NCBI GenBank assembly: GCA_951406725.2 | Contig: OX597828.1 | Location: 68,510,001-68,574,000, forward strand | Reading direction: 5' to 3' | Source: Octopus vulgaris | Lineage: Eukaryota | Length of the DNA: 64,000 nt | Shown here: positions 41,327 to 54,110 of the stretch, in pieces | Position numbering within the stretch: the first letter of the stretch is position 1 | Layout: every line of letters starts with the position of its first letter | Program-made: the position numbers and the translations under genes | The notes under the pieces: model-generated | Database searches by the model: none | What the model was told of the DNA's origin: nothing | What the model saw: only the letters and a program-made list of their open reading frames with translations

Positions 41327-42600
41327 TTATTGTCTTTGCACATTTTCCAACGCTGGAGATGTACAACGGTGTCAGCTTTTCGCTACCAGTGAACTAAGGT
41401 AACGCCCCTTATATTTTGAGCACTATCCGGATTAATCGAGTGGTTCCAAGTAGTGCTGTTTTCTACAAGTGCTCCACTCTTATTGCAGCCCCTATTTGTT
41501 CCATGTACTTCTCAAGATTTTTGCTTACTGTTCCCAGGGCTCCGACAAATATTGGTACTACTACCACCTTTTTCATCGACCACAACTGCTTAACCTCCCA
41601 AGCTAACCTGTCATATCTACCGACTTTTCTTTCTTCCTTATCCTATACCTTGTTGTCAGCTGAGCATGCTATATCTATGATCAACTATCGCTTGCTTTCT
41701 TTCTCAATTGACACTATGTCTGGTTTCCTATTCTCTATCTCATTGTCACACTGGGCTAGTGGTGTATATTGACTGGTAATATGCCATACGGTTTCACCAT
41801 TTTGTCCACAAATTCTGCACTTATCATTTTCAGATCTGTATTTGATGTAATTCGTTCTTAATGCTTGCTCTTGGGCAGCACAGATTAAAGCCTCCGTTTC
41901 CGGTTTTAAATCACATTTAGTCATCCATACCCATAGATCTTTTCTTTTGTCACTCCCATTATATTTCATTTTCTTAACATCAACACTCATACTTTCTGCT
42001 ACAACAATACTTGCTGCGTTGATCAAAATGTTTTTGTTCTGATGTATTTCAGAATTTCATTGACATTTTTCATTTCTTGGTTCAATTTCCACCGATCAAC
42101 CTTTTTAAAGTTGCAAATAATGTCGGTAACGTTCACCTGTAGCCTTGCCTTTATTCTGTCGTAGATTGCCTTTTGCCCATCTGTCATGTCACCATTAGTT
42201 TTATTGTCTTCTTCCAAACCCTCTATATGTCTCTCATCGAGGAAGCTATCACTGTTCCTTTCCTCTGTTTTCTGCTATGAGATTACTTTTATCAGCAGAA
42301 ACTGTATTTTCATCGTTTCCTCTGCTGCTGTTTTCCAATACCCGTATTTTGATTACTTCGAGCTCTACTTCTGTGAACCAACGATTTTTTTCTTATTGCT
42401 CTAGCTTGATCGCATAATCTCTGTTCCGTGAGTTGAAACAATCCTCTTTCTCTCCATTAATCATACATACGTTGTCGGTATCCCCTAAGATGAACACCAT
42501 TTTCGTCTACAGAGTTGCTCAGATAGTAACACTCTATGATCTCAGCATTGACTTGTTTGTTCAATCTACGCCGTGTCTGCTGGTCCATTACTGAATAACG
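41327..42600 (-). mobile_element. R4/Dong-clade non-LTR retrotransposon, internally deleted (no RT)
   Basis: N-terminal CYYLS...GYRQRMY..W...EQRLCDQARAI; C-terminal ETEALICAAQEQALRT, CRICGQNGETVWHI, RKPDIV, IIDIA, VPIFVGALG and ALLGT. Confidence 0.85.
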
Positions 42601-44224
42601 ATGATATACTTGTTGCGGCTTTCTTTATTTTTGTACAAAATTGCAAAGTTCGCTTTCTCATATCATCTTACTTCTAAGGTCTTGCAATTTGTTTGAGTAT
42701 AACTAGAATCTATAATTCTAGCTGATTACGTACCTCAGTCCCACTAAATCTATCCATACAGATATTAGACAGATTTTGCATAACCTTCACCCATGCTAAA
42801 AAAAAAAATTCCCTGGCCTTCATAATAATATCTGTATAATTACTGTAGACAGTAAAGAGTCTCTTGCGACATTCCGTTTTCTTAATATTGCAAAGCTGGC
42901 AAGAGATTAAGTTTGCTTAAGATACCTATGATATAACACCAGATTAATCGATTAAACATCAATATGCTTCAACATAATTTCGTGTACCAAATTCCACTCA
43001 CAAGATATTGATCAGTCTGAGACACTTGTTTAACACAGACACTTGTTTAACGTACCGTGCAATGGAGGCGAACTTGTAATTACGTGATTCCAAAGCAAAC
43101 TTCTTAAAAGCATATTCATGCGTACGTGTCAACATATAAATATAAACGAAAATATTTTACCGAATCTGAGTAAGAAAAATTCTCAACTGATGTAACTAAG
43201 AAATTAATATTGTCACGAATCGGCCTATTCTGATTGGGTCTTTGGACAGAGAGAGTAAATATCAAAAAGCTAGATCTTAATCTGGAAATGAGTGCAGCGC
43301 AGAAACCCTGTTTCTTTGGTTTAGTAAGAATTTTCTGGAAATTCCTCGATACAAAGTAGGAACAGAATACGAGCAGCATAAAAGGGCCTTTGCAAAAGGG
43401 ACAGAAGGCGCTTCTCATGCTCGACCATTGGCTGTAGTTCGATAAGAAAAATGATTAAACTAGTTACAACACTAAAACTGTATAACAGCAGAACGTCTGT
43501 GTGAAATTTGTTCGGGATTTTACTTTATTTCATAAATAGCCCTAAACTTAGGCACTGACTGTTAAGAGATCATAACTCTGTGTGCCTATTGTTACATTTA
43601 CTTTCTGACACGCTGTTAAAAAAGGCCAGTAAGTTTGAGGATAAGAGTTAGTCGATATCATCGAATCTAGAAATGGAGGAGCGACACTTTATTTTATCGT
43701 CCTTGGAATAATGAAAAGTAATGTTGTCCGAGGTAAGATACGAACGCAGATCGTAATGAGCTGTAACTAAAATCTCAAAAGCATTTTGTTCGACGTACAA
43801 ACCACTTAGCTAACAGACCATCATTAGTAGTAGTAATAATCTTTTCCATTATAGCCACAAGGAATGAAATTTTGCTGGAAGAAAGTTGGTCGATATCCGA
43901 CTCACTGCTCAGCCCCAAAAGACGAAAGGCAAAGTTGGCCTCAACGGAATTTTGAACTCACAAGAAAAGAGCCGGAAGAAATGACTCCAAGCATTTTATT
44001 CGATTGGCTAACAATTCTTCCGGGCCATCGCCATAAATGTTTCGAATTTTGGTACAAGGCCAGTGGGAGTGGATTAGTCGGCTACATTCTCCTGGTGCTA
44101 GACTGGTACTTTATTATATCGGCCCCGAAATATTAAAAGGCTAAGCCGACCTCAGCAGGGTATGAACTCAGAAAATTGCCCCAAATTTTAGTACAACGCC
44201 AGCAATTTTAAGGTGGGAAGCTCG

Positions 44225-44400
44225 TTTGAACCCAATGAAAACTCCAAAGGGTTTCTTCTACGGAAGGAAGAGCAAGCCTTCTTCTATCATACTCTCAATT
44301 TTGGTCAACTTGCGCCCCAGGGTCTCGGAGGAGATATTGTTAGTTGAAAGCTACCAAACCTGCCATACACAGACAACTTCAGCTTTATATATAGAGAGAT
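44225..44400 (+). mobile_element. possible Helentron-associated non-autonomous element 3' part
   Basis: Ends acacagacaacttcagctttatatatagagagat, resembling HINE-type termini; splits a SINE A remnant. Confidence 0.35.
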
Positions 44401-45068
44401 ACTAACAATTCTTCCAAGGTCGCTGCCATAAATATTTAAATTTATGTTATGAGGAAGGGATTAGCCAATTACATTCTCCCGATGCTCAACTGGTACTTTA
44501 TTATATCGACCCTGAAAGGATGAAAGGCAAAGTTGACCTCAGCGTGATTTGAACTCATCATAGAGATCTACAAAAAATATTTATTATTATTGAGAACGTG
44601 ATAGATATGTATTGGATGCTAGTGGCGGAGGAGGAGAAACCCTTTGCGATCGATCAGATCGATGCGTTTGATGAATTGCTACAAGTTGATGGCTGCAGGA
44701 ATAAACAAGGTTCGGGCGGAAATTCTAGGAAACTGACCTTCTGAGAAGGTTAGAGCGAGGTCTCAGAGCGGACAGTGTATGACAATAATGGTCAGTGAAT
44801 AAACTGAGAGTGGACAGAGTATGGATGACAAAAGGAAGAGATGGAGAGAGTGAATGCTGAGTGCCTGAGGAAACACGAGACTATCCAGTAGAAACAAAAT
44901 GGGGAGAAGACATGATATGATATAAATGAAGCTAAATTAATAAATGTATATCAAATATTTCTTTATTATGATTAAACATTGTCAGTAGACCTAATCCAGA
45001 TGTCGAACACAATCGGATCCTGTTTATTTATTTATTTGCCAGAGAGTTGGATTATCAGAATCGCATTA

Positions 45069-45173
45069 CAGCGTCCAGCGTCCAGCGTCCAGTGTCCAGT
45101 GTCCAGTGTCCAGCGTCCAGTGTCCAGTGTCCAGTGTCCAGCGTCCAGTGTCCAGTGTCCAGTGTCCAGCGTC
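45069..45173. repeat. 7-bp tandem repeat (GTCCAGY)n, about 14 copies
   Basis: Directly visible. Confidence 0.95.
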
Positions 45174-46229
45174 CTCAGAAATATATTTTGATATTTGGAG
45201 AAATTAATTTTTGTTTTGCATTTTTCATTGCTTTTTTCTCATTCCATAACTCACAGCAGATTGTTTCTGTGGAGACTTGAGATGCAATCTTCTGATGACA
45301 TCTGATCACTAAAAGCAAGAATATTTATCAAATATTGAAATAATTATTACAATGGATTCCCGTTCACCGTTCTGTTATTTTCAGTCTTGTTTTTGTGGGA
45401 GACTTTCCTTATTTGTTGTTTGTTTTGTTGTGATTTTCGTTTCGTATCGTTATAGTTTTTTTTTAAAATTTATCCTTGTTTTCTTTTCGTTTTGGTTTTA
45501 GTTCTATATCGCTGTAAAAAACGCTTTTATGGTATAATAATGTCCAACACTTGATATTTCCGTTTGACGTAGAGGGAAATTTATTTCTTACTTAGTCTGT
45601 CGACGGTTGCTTCAAGATACGTAAATTAAGTCAAACAGCCAGATAGACACATATAATTTGTCCTGTCTAAGGACATTAATAGAACAGGATACTGCAAAAT
45701 TCCCAGCAAGCATAAGAAAGAAAACAAGAACTATAAATGAAACAATAAAAGTAATAATAATAATGATAATGATGATAATGATGATGATGATGATGATAAT
45801 AATTGGTCTTAATAACCATATATAAAACAATTAACCTTGACTAATGATGTTACTGTTGTGATGTTTTCTTAACTGACCATTATTTTCGAAGTAATTTTAT
45901 ACCAGTCTTTGGTGACAGTATTCTTTTCCGATTGGCGTGCGGGGTTGGGTTGGTTTCGGTAAAGCTGTCTAAGTAATATAAAATCAGTAATATTGAACTG
46001 AATGAATGGAGTTGTTAGTTATATAATCTCTCCCACACACCATCACTATTATCAGCGCTTCTAGCCATCACCATCAGCCATCAGCCTTCAGGTTTTTGCC
46101 AGCAGGCTATCCAAATAAATCAAACATGATGACACCAACCAATCCAGCTGCTGTGTTATTCTGTCACTAATGACATACTCGCTCATTGCTTAAAAGATAT
46201 TTGCGTGAGGATTTATAGAAGACGAGCGA

Positions 46230-46234
46230 AGTGT

Positions 46235-46271
<37 letters not shown>

Positions 46272-46353
46272 TGTGTGTGAGTGTGTAAAGAAGGAGAGAG
46301 AGGGAATGAGACAGAGGAAGGGAGAGAGAAAGAGTGAGAGAGAGCAAGAGAGC

Positions 46354-46385
<32 letters not shown>

Positions 46386-46462
46386 TAGAGATAGAGAGAG
46401 AGAGAGAGAGAAAGAGATAGATAGATAGAGAGAGAGAGAGCTAGAGAGAGAGAGAGAGAAAG

Positions 46463-46497
<35 letters not shown>

Positions 46498-46510
46498 AAG
46501 AGATAGATAC

Positions 46511-46572
<62 letters not shown>
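46230..46572. repeat. (GT)n(GA)n/(GATA)n microsatellite
   Basis: Directly visible. Confidence 0.95.
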
Positions 46573-46576
<4 letters not shown>

Positions 46577-46941
46577 TTAGCAAACCTTTTCACGAAGGGA
46601 AAAACACAATCCTGCTGCTGGGAAGCAGCGCAGGAAACCGCTATTGGAAGCTGCGAGTGTTATCCCACTGCCGCCTTTGTTGATAAACATACACACAAAA
46701 AAACCTCACAAACACACAACACGTAGAAAGCCACCTCTCTCTTTCGCTCTCTCTCCTTGCTTTTTCCCTTCTTTGTGTATCGCTCTCTCTATATATATTA
46801 AACACCACACACACACTAGCACACGCAAACACACATACGCACATACACACACACAGACACACAGACACACACGAACGCAATGTATTTTTTATTAATTTTT
46901 GCTCTTCTCCCACTCTGACTTATTTCACTCTGTCTCTTCTC

Positions 46942-46976
<35 letters not shown>

Positions 46977-47163
46977 ACTTGAAACAACACACATAAAAGG
47001 GAAATTAGAAGTGGCGGAGTGAGTGAGTCGAAGGTCGACTTTGCCTTTAATCCTTGTGGGATCGATAAAATAAGGACCAGTTGAGCACGGAGATCGATTA
47101 TAGTCCCGCACCACAAAACAAAAGGCCTTCCACCTATAGTAGAAAAGATTATTGCTGTTGTTG

Positions 47164-47705
47164 TCACGACCACCACGACCACCACGACCCGGACCACGAC
47201 CACGACCACGACCACAACCACGACGACCACGACCACGACCACAACCACCACCACCACCACCACCACGACCACCACGACCACCACGACCACCACGACCACC
47301 ACGACCACCACGACCCGGACCACGACCACGACCACGACCACAACCACGACGACTACGACCACGACCACAACCACGACGACCACGACCACGACCACAACCA
47401 CCACCACCACCACCACCACCACGACCACCACGACCACCACGACCACCACGACCACCACGACCCGGACCACGACCACGACCACGACCACAACCACGACGAC
47501 CACAACCACGACCACAACCACGACGACCACGACCACGACCACAACCACCACCACCACCACCACCACCACCACCACCACCACCACGACCACCACGACCACC
47601 ACGACCACCACGACCACCACGACCCGGACCACGACCACGACCACGACCACAACCACGACGACCACGACCACGACCACAACCACCACCACCACCACCACCA
47701 CCACC

Positions 47706-47739
<34 letters not shown>

Positions 47740-47750
47740 TCATCATTATT
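47164..47750. repeat. higher-order (CAC/GAC/AAC) triplet array
   Basis: cccgga marker recurs 4 times at about 47188, 47314, 47461 and 47623. Confidence 0.9.
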
Positions 47751-47837
47751 ATTTCAATTAAGTCAGGTTTTGTTGGAATTCCAGTAATCTTGCACGTGCA
47801 GCGGGTTTGCCACCTGTAGCCTACAGTACTTTGTAAT

Positions 47838-48070
47838 AAGGCGGCGAGCTGGCAGAAACGTTAGCACGTCGGGTGAAATGCTTTGTGGTATTTCGTCCGC
47901 CGATGCGTTCTGAGTTCAAATTCTGCCAAGGTCGACTTTACCTTTCATCCTTCCGGGGTCGATAAATTAAGTACCAGTTACGCACTGGGGCCGATGTAAT
48001 CGACTTAATCCGTTTGTCTGTCCTTGTTTGTCCCCTCTATGTTTAGCCCCTTGTGGGCAATAAAGAAATA
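47838..48070 (+). mobile_element. SINE family A, full length
   Basis: Consensus match; TSD tactttgt. Confidence 0.9.
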
Positions 48071-48074
48071 GATA

Positions 48075-48928
48075 CTTTGTTATTTGCTCTCTTCAGTTGT
48101 CTAGCACTTCCCTGAAAATTCCGCGTGTCAAATGGGCAAGCGGCATCAATAACAAAGCACCATGGTTTACTCTGTTCACCACCACTAGATCTGATTTGTT
48201 GTTCTCAAGCACCTGGTCCATTTGAATTGAGAAATCCCACAAGATTTTTGCAAGTTTCCGACTCAGTCACTCTCTATGGTTCGTGATCGTACCATGTCTT
48301 ACTTCCCTCTAACATCCACTTTTCGTTCAGTTTCCATTGAAGAACTTTTGATATCTCATCACGTCGCCAAAACTTATTCTGGTTTCAGGCAAGTCTAGAG
48401 CATTCACTTACGATATGGGAAATAGTTTCATCAAATTCATTATATATTCGTCACAACAGAGACATCTGCAAATATAAGTACTCTCAATCTCCATTTAAGA
48501 GCTCATTTCTTTAACTATTCCCACCTATGTTCACCAGCAACTTCGGTTTTGGCGATATGAAATTGTTTGTTGTAAGCCCTTCTTAAGTGGTGCTTCTTCA
48601 TGACCTGTTTTTGTTTTCTCCTTTTCCCTTGGGTTTAGATACCTTACCAAGTTCCCGCTTTCAATATACTCACAGTCTTCTACACTTAGTCCCCTGCATC
48701 CATTGGCTCTCGTCATGTATATACGATCAATGTCTGCAAATGGGTAATGGACTCCATGTATGATTAGAAGCATTTTTGCTTTCCTGTCTGACTCTTTTAG
48801 CTCATCGTCTGACACTTCAGAATTTTAGCTCTATACCGAATCACTGAAACTGCGGCGCATGAGTTTATTGCCGAAATTATACTTTCGGCATTTAGTTTTG
48901 ACTGCAATATCTTTCTCAATCGTCGCAT
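48075..48928 (-). mobile_element. second R4/Dong-clade remnant (RT C-terminus and RLE)
   Basis: Reads ELKESDRKAKMLLIIHGVHYPFADIDRIYMTRANGCRGL and ENNKSDLVVV. Confidence 0.75.
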
Positions 48929-48929
48929 A

Positions 48930-49290
48930 TACGATGTGATATCAAAAAGTTCCCAGACTAGTTGTGTTTGATAAAAAAATAACTTATTTACCTAAGTTTT
49001 AACATGATCTATATAGTCACCTTGCATAGTAATACACCGGTCCCAGCTTTCCTGCCACTTTTGGAATCCGTCCTGGAAGTCGTTTTCTGTAAGCGTGTCG
49101 AGAATCTTCTGCGATATGATCTTGATTTCGACAACGGTGTTAAAATGGCAACCTTTGATTAGAATTTTCCTCTTGGGGAAGGGATGGAAGTCCGCAGGTG
49201 CTAAATCTGGCGAATAGGGCGGGTGCAGAAGCGATAACAAGTTTGTTTTTTAGGCGAGAAACTCACGAGTGAAGAGAGCTTGGCGACAGG
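48930..49290 (-). mobile_element. mariner 3' remnant with terminal inverted repeat
   Basis: Reads HPPYSPDLAPADFHPFPK...FQKWQESWDRCITMQGDY; terminus tacgatgtgatatcaaaaagttcc. Confidence 0.85.
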
Positions 49291-50670
49291 ATGCATTGAC
49301 GTCGCGGAGAAGTAGGCGAAACACTGGCTGAAATTGTCTCACATACCGCTGAACATATATATTTGTGTCTAAGTAGATGGGTCAAAGAAACACACATCAC
49401 AATAAGAGTAATCAGACACAGTGTCGATCCATGACTAGTGTCTGTTGGTGCGGAAGAGTTGTGATAGCAGAGTTAACGAAAAGTAATATGTAATCAAAGC
49501 GTGTGTAAAAATGAATTTGCAAGTGCTAATGACCCCGCGAAAGACACAGAATTATTTCTAAATGTGCCCAGACAAGAGAGTACGTGAAAATACGTGGAAA
49601 AACAGAATATCTTATAACAGACTTTGCAATTTCTTCAGTCAAAATTCATTGCTCGAGAAAGACGGAGATCAGTTAATTTTTTTGAAAAAAAAAAAAAAAT
49701 TCTTGATTCTGAGATTTCCATCTTACGGACTTTTCTTCGGGAGTGAGATTTCTTCAAACGAAGCCAGTTTCTTTTACAATGAATGTTTGCTCTGGTAAAT
49801 AAACCTGCATAGGAATGAATGAATTTGTTTTCAACATCTTCAGGAAGTTCATTTACTGTACTTGTATCGGTACTCGTTGTTTTGCTCTACTCTGTAGCAT
49901 TGTATACTTTCACCGGTTATTTAAAACGATCGATTCAATCTCTACTCCCAACAAATTCTCTCTCACAATCACCTTCACATTCTGCTTCTGTAGCTTTTAA
50001 ATCACTGAAAAGGTTATGAACCTTTTCATGAACTAAATCTAGGCTATCAGGCGTATTTTAGGCTGTTTGTGATCTTCTAACCAAATTACCAATAGCCTTC
50101 CCATGTTAAAATAATTAAACCGTTGAGTTTAGTGATAATTGTAGTTTTCGATCTGACAAATCCATTTACATGCTCCATTATTCTCATTTATCTTTTAAAA
50201 GTGTCCCGATCGTTAATTGAGTGTAACCTATCGTTTTCCCAATTATTCGTTGACGTTTAGCCTCTCCTCGATCGCTCCGTTATTTTCCACTTTAAATTTA
50301 CTCGTGACTTTTACTTTTCTTTGATGCATCACTATCACTCGCATCGGATTTATGCTTTACTGGTATGGTCACGAGGGTAAATACAAGAAAAAATAAAAAT
50401 GGAACCAAATAATATGTGTTACATGTACAATATAGTGTTTACGTGATTTGATTTTAAATGACAGCATTTTTCTTCTTCGAGTCAGCAAATTGCTGAAAAC
50501 GCTCAATGTTTTGATGTGCGTCACAAAGCAGTTGGCTCGCTCACTGCTTCCAACTTTAAATGTAACTTCAATTTTTGATATATATTATTGTTAATAATAT
50601 AATAGGCTTTGCGGACGTCGATTCGAAATCCTGCTTGCTGGTAAGTCGAGAGTTCTTAAACTGGGAATAG

Positions 50671-50706
<36 letters not shown>

Positions 50707-50752
50707 AATAAATCTCTGAACGAGGTATAGACAGTAACTGCACAACAATGTG

Positions 50753-50885
50753 AAGTATATTTGCCATCTAAATATGGCTAACCACTAAGGGTGGATGTTA
50801 CTGTAGCTTGTAGCCCTTCTCCGGGGGCTACAAGCTACAGTAACATCCACCATTAGTGGTTAGCCATATTTAGATGGCAAATATA

Positions 50886-50888
<3 letters not shown>
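50753..50888. repeat. near-perfect 64-bp-arm palindrome between (TA)n tracts
   Basis: One mismatch between arms; 8-nt loop at 50817-50824. Confidence 0.92.
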
Positions 50889-50951
<63 letters not shown>

Positions 50952-51169
50952 ATTTGAAAACCCCACTGGAATGGGAGAAAGCGCTAATAATCCGAATGAT
51001 ATGATCTGAATGATATGATATATATATGTAAAAAATGTAATATATAAATAAATATCTATAAATATGAACCATCCGATCTTCTGATTACCTCATTTCTTCT
51101 AATATATATATATATATATATATAATAATAAATATATAGGGAATAAAATAAACTTTTGTCTCTAATTTA

Positions 51170-51247
<78 letters not shown>

Positions 51248-51316
51248 GATAAAAATGGTAAAACAACAAAAGAATGAAAGAGACCTCGATATTATGTAAA
51301 TAAAGGAATTTATCTC

Positions 51317-51582
51317 TAAATGTAATATGTGTCAATTATTCGGGAGCCGTGATAAAACTCCGAGTTTCGGATGCCGAGGTGGAAATCCACGCCGCCATCT
51401 CTTCAGTTATCCGGCCATCGGAAAAAATGGTATGAAAAAATTTTATGAAAAATGCTATGATTTTTTCATAGAATTTTGTTTGATGGCCGGATAACTGAAG
51501 TGATGGCGGCGTGGATTTCCACCTCGGCATCCGAAACTCGGAGTTTTATCTTGGCTACCGAATAATTGTCACATATTACATT

Positions 51583-51584
<2 letters not shown>
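51317..51584. mobile_element. fold-back element with a hammerhead motif in each arm, within (TA)n
   Basis: Arms are reverse complements; minus strand 51351-51411 reads GATAA-CTGAAGA-stemII-cGAAAC-tcgga-GTT-TTATC; plus copy 51490-51550 has CTGAAGT. Confidence 0.88.
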
Positions 51585-51639
<55 letters not shown>

Positions 51640-51641
<2 letters not shown>

Positions 51642-52280
51642 TGAACAGACAGACCAACCGTTGGCTTGTTATATCCCCAAAATATGTACCGAGACTGTTA
51701 AATTTGAAGCATTCATTCAAAATCATGGTGTTTAGAGTGATCACTAGTGATGGCGACGTTATGCCTCTATTCCTCTTCCCACACAGCCTCAGACTCAACA
51801 CGGAGGCCTACATTATGTGCCTGGGCGAGGTAATGATGTTCTGGGTCAAGAGGGTAACTGCTGGATGACACTGTGTCAGGTACCAGAACTCCGCACCAAG
51901 TCACACAAACAGGAGAACCCAGTCATAGCTGTTAGACAATTTCTGCGACCAAATCTCCCCTAACATCTAGCCACCTAACTCCCCAGACTGCTACCTCCTT
52001 GATTATTATGTGTGGATCACAAAGATAAACTGAAGGCAAGGATTATGGCAGCATTCACCACCTTAAACAAGGTGACCGTCCAGAAGAGCGGCAGGAGATT
52101 TCGAAGACGTCTGGAGGCCGTGATTGAAGTTAATGGCGATTTTACTGAACAAATTTACTCTTTAGTATTTTGAGATGATTTTTATGTAATTTTGGTAAAC
52201 ATATCTATTAAAATGAGATGTCAGTATTATTTTCATTGTTGCGTAATTTAGACGGCAATTTCTTCACTGTACTCTCTATA
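51640..52280 (+). mobile_element. Tc1/mariner (maT-like) transposase remnant
   Basis: Reads IMVFRVITSDGDVMPLF...QNSAPSH...PPNSPDCYLLDYYVW. Confidence 0.8.
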
Positions 52281-52398
52281 CATACATGCACACATACATA
52301 CATACATACATACATACATACATACATACATACATACATACACACATACTTACACACATACATACATACATAAATACATACATACATACATACATACA

Positions 52399-52445
<47 letters not shown>

Positions 52446-52729
52446 TTATTTATATATTATTATTATTATTAATATAAGGAAATTAATGTCCAAACTCATC
52501 ATAAAGATATACCCGTGTGAGAGAACTTGTATTAAAAATATATATAAAATAAATAAATATAAAAATATAAATATAATGTATAAGATAAATTTGATAGTTT
52601 AAAAGTTTTGAATTAACTATATATCGCTCGTATTAAATATATAAATACTTTAATAGTATTAATACTTTGATACAATAGAACACTCAATATAAATTCAGTG
52701 TATAATATTTTCATTGAATATATACCTAA

Positions 52730-52782
<53 letters not shown>

Positions 52783-52928
52783 TAGTTGAATGAATTTTAG
52801 ATTCTTCTCCATCCAACCAATTTTGACGTCACTGCTTATAACGGAAACACTCATTATCACTATGGACTCCGTGTGGGCAGTCATCTAAAAGTTTTTGTTC
52901 GTCATGATGCTGACATAAGTTCCTTGTG

Positions 52929-53009
52929 TTTCCTGATGAGAAGGCGGCATAATTCACCCTTTATTCCTTCGGAATTAAGAATATACAGTCTTCGAAACAT
53001 ATGTCGAGA
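52929..53009 (+). ncRNA. intact-looking type-I hammerhead ribozyme
   Basis: tttc-CTGATGA-gaaggc...gtcttc-GAAAC-atat-GTC-gaga; palindromic stem III ACATATGT. Confidence 0.8.
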
Positions 53010-53053
53010 ATAAAGGAAGTTTGTTAAATCGTCGTTCGACTCCATTCTTTCAT

Positions 53054-53145
<92 letters not shown>

Positions 53146-53295
53146 ATATACATATAAGATTTAAAGTTTACTTTTTTCTGATATATGATCCACTGACTAC
53201 ACACTGACTACACACATACACATACATACATACATACATACATACATACATACATACATACATACATACATACATACATGCATACATACATACAA

Positions 53296-53615
53296 GACGC
53301 ATGGCTCAGTGGTTAGAGCGTCGGGATTACAATCATGAAGTAGTAAGTTCGATTCCCAGATTGGGCTGTATTGGGTTCTTGAGTAAGACACTTTAATTTC
53401 TGTTGCTCCAGTTCATTCAGTTGCGGAAACGAGTTGGTACCAAGCCGTATCGGTCTTTGCCTTTCTCTTGGATAACATCGGTGGTTGTGGAGAGGGGGAA
53501 ATGGTATGCGAGGGCCACTGCTGGTTTGCCATTAACACGCTTGCCCGGACCTGTGCCTCGGAGGGTAACTTTCTAGGTGCAATGCTATGATCATTCATGA
53601 CCGAAGGAGGTCATT
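53296..53615 (+). mobile_element. SINE family D (tRNA-like head, ttcttgagtaagacactt core) ending at (CTT)n
   Basis: A-box TGGCTCAGTGG and B-box AGTTCGATTCC. Confidence 0.75.
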
Positions 53616-53733
53616 TCTTCTTCTTCTTCTTCTTCTTCTTCTTCTTCTTCTTCTTCTTCTTCTTCTTCTTCTTCTTCTTCTTCTTCTTCTTCTTCTTCTT
53701 CTTCTTCTTCTTCTTCTTCGTCTTCTTCATACA

Positions 53734-53767
<34 letters not shown>

Positions 53768-53777
53768 CATACATACT

Positions 53778-53985
53778 AGGCAATGGCCTAGTGGTTAGGG
53801 CAGCGGACTCGCGGTCGCAGGATCGCGGTTTCGATTCTCAGACCGGGCGTTGTGTGTGTTTATTGAGCGAAAACACCTAAAAGCTCTACGAGGCTCCGGC
53901 AGGGGGTGGTGATCCCTGCTGTACTCTTTCACCACAATGGCGGTGCCCCAGCATGGCCACAGCTCAAGAGCTGAAACTGGAAAAA
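53778..53985 (+). mobile_element. SINE C head with family-B-type tail (variant 6)
   Basis: Family C body followed by ggcggtgccccagcatggccacag...ctgaaac. Confidence 0.8.
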
Positions 53986-54031
53986 CAAAAACAAAAAAAC
54001 AAAAAATACACACATACACATATATAAGAAT

Positions 54032-54109
<78 letters not shown>

Positions 54110-54110
<1 letters not shown>

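Noticed and set aside
43116-43418. 100-aa non-repetitive ORF
   Set aside because: No recognisable domain or splice context; length is within chance expectation.
49500-49800. ORF MCPDKRVRENTWKNRISYNRLCNF resembling a THAP fragment
   Set aside because: Key residues are missing and the similarity is too weak without an HMM search.
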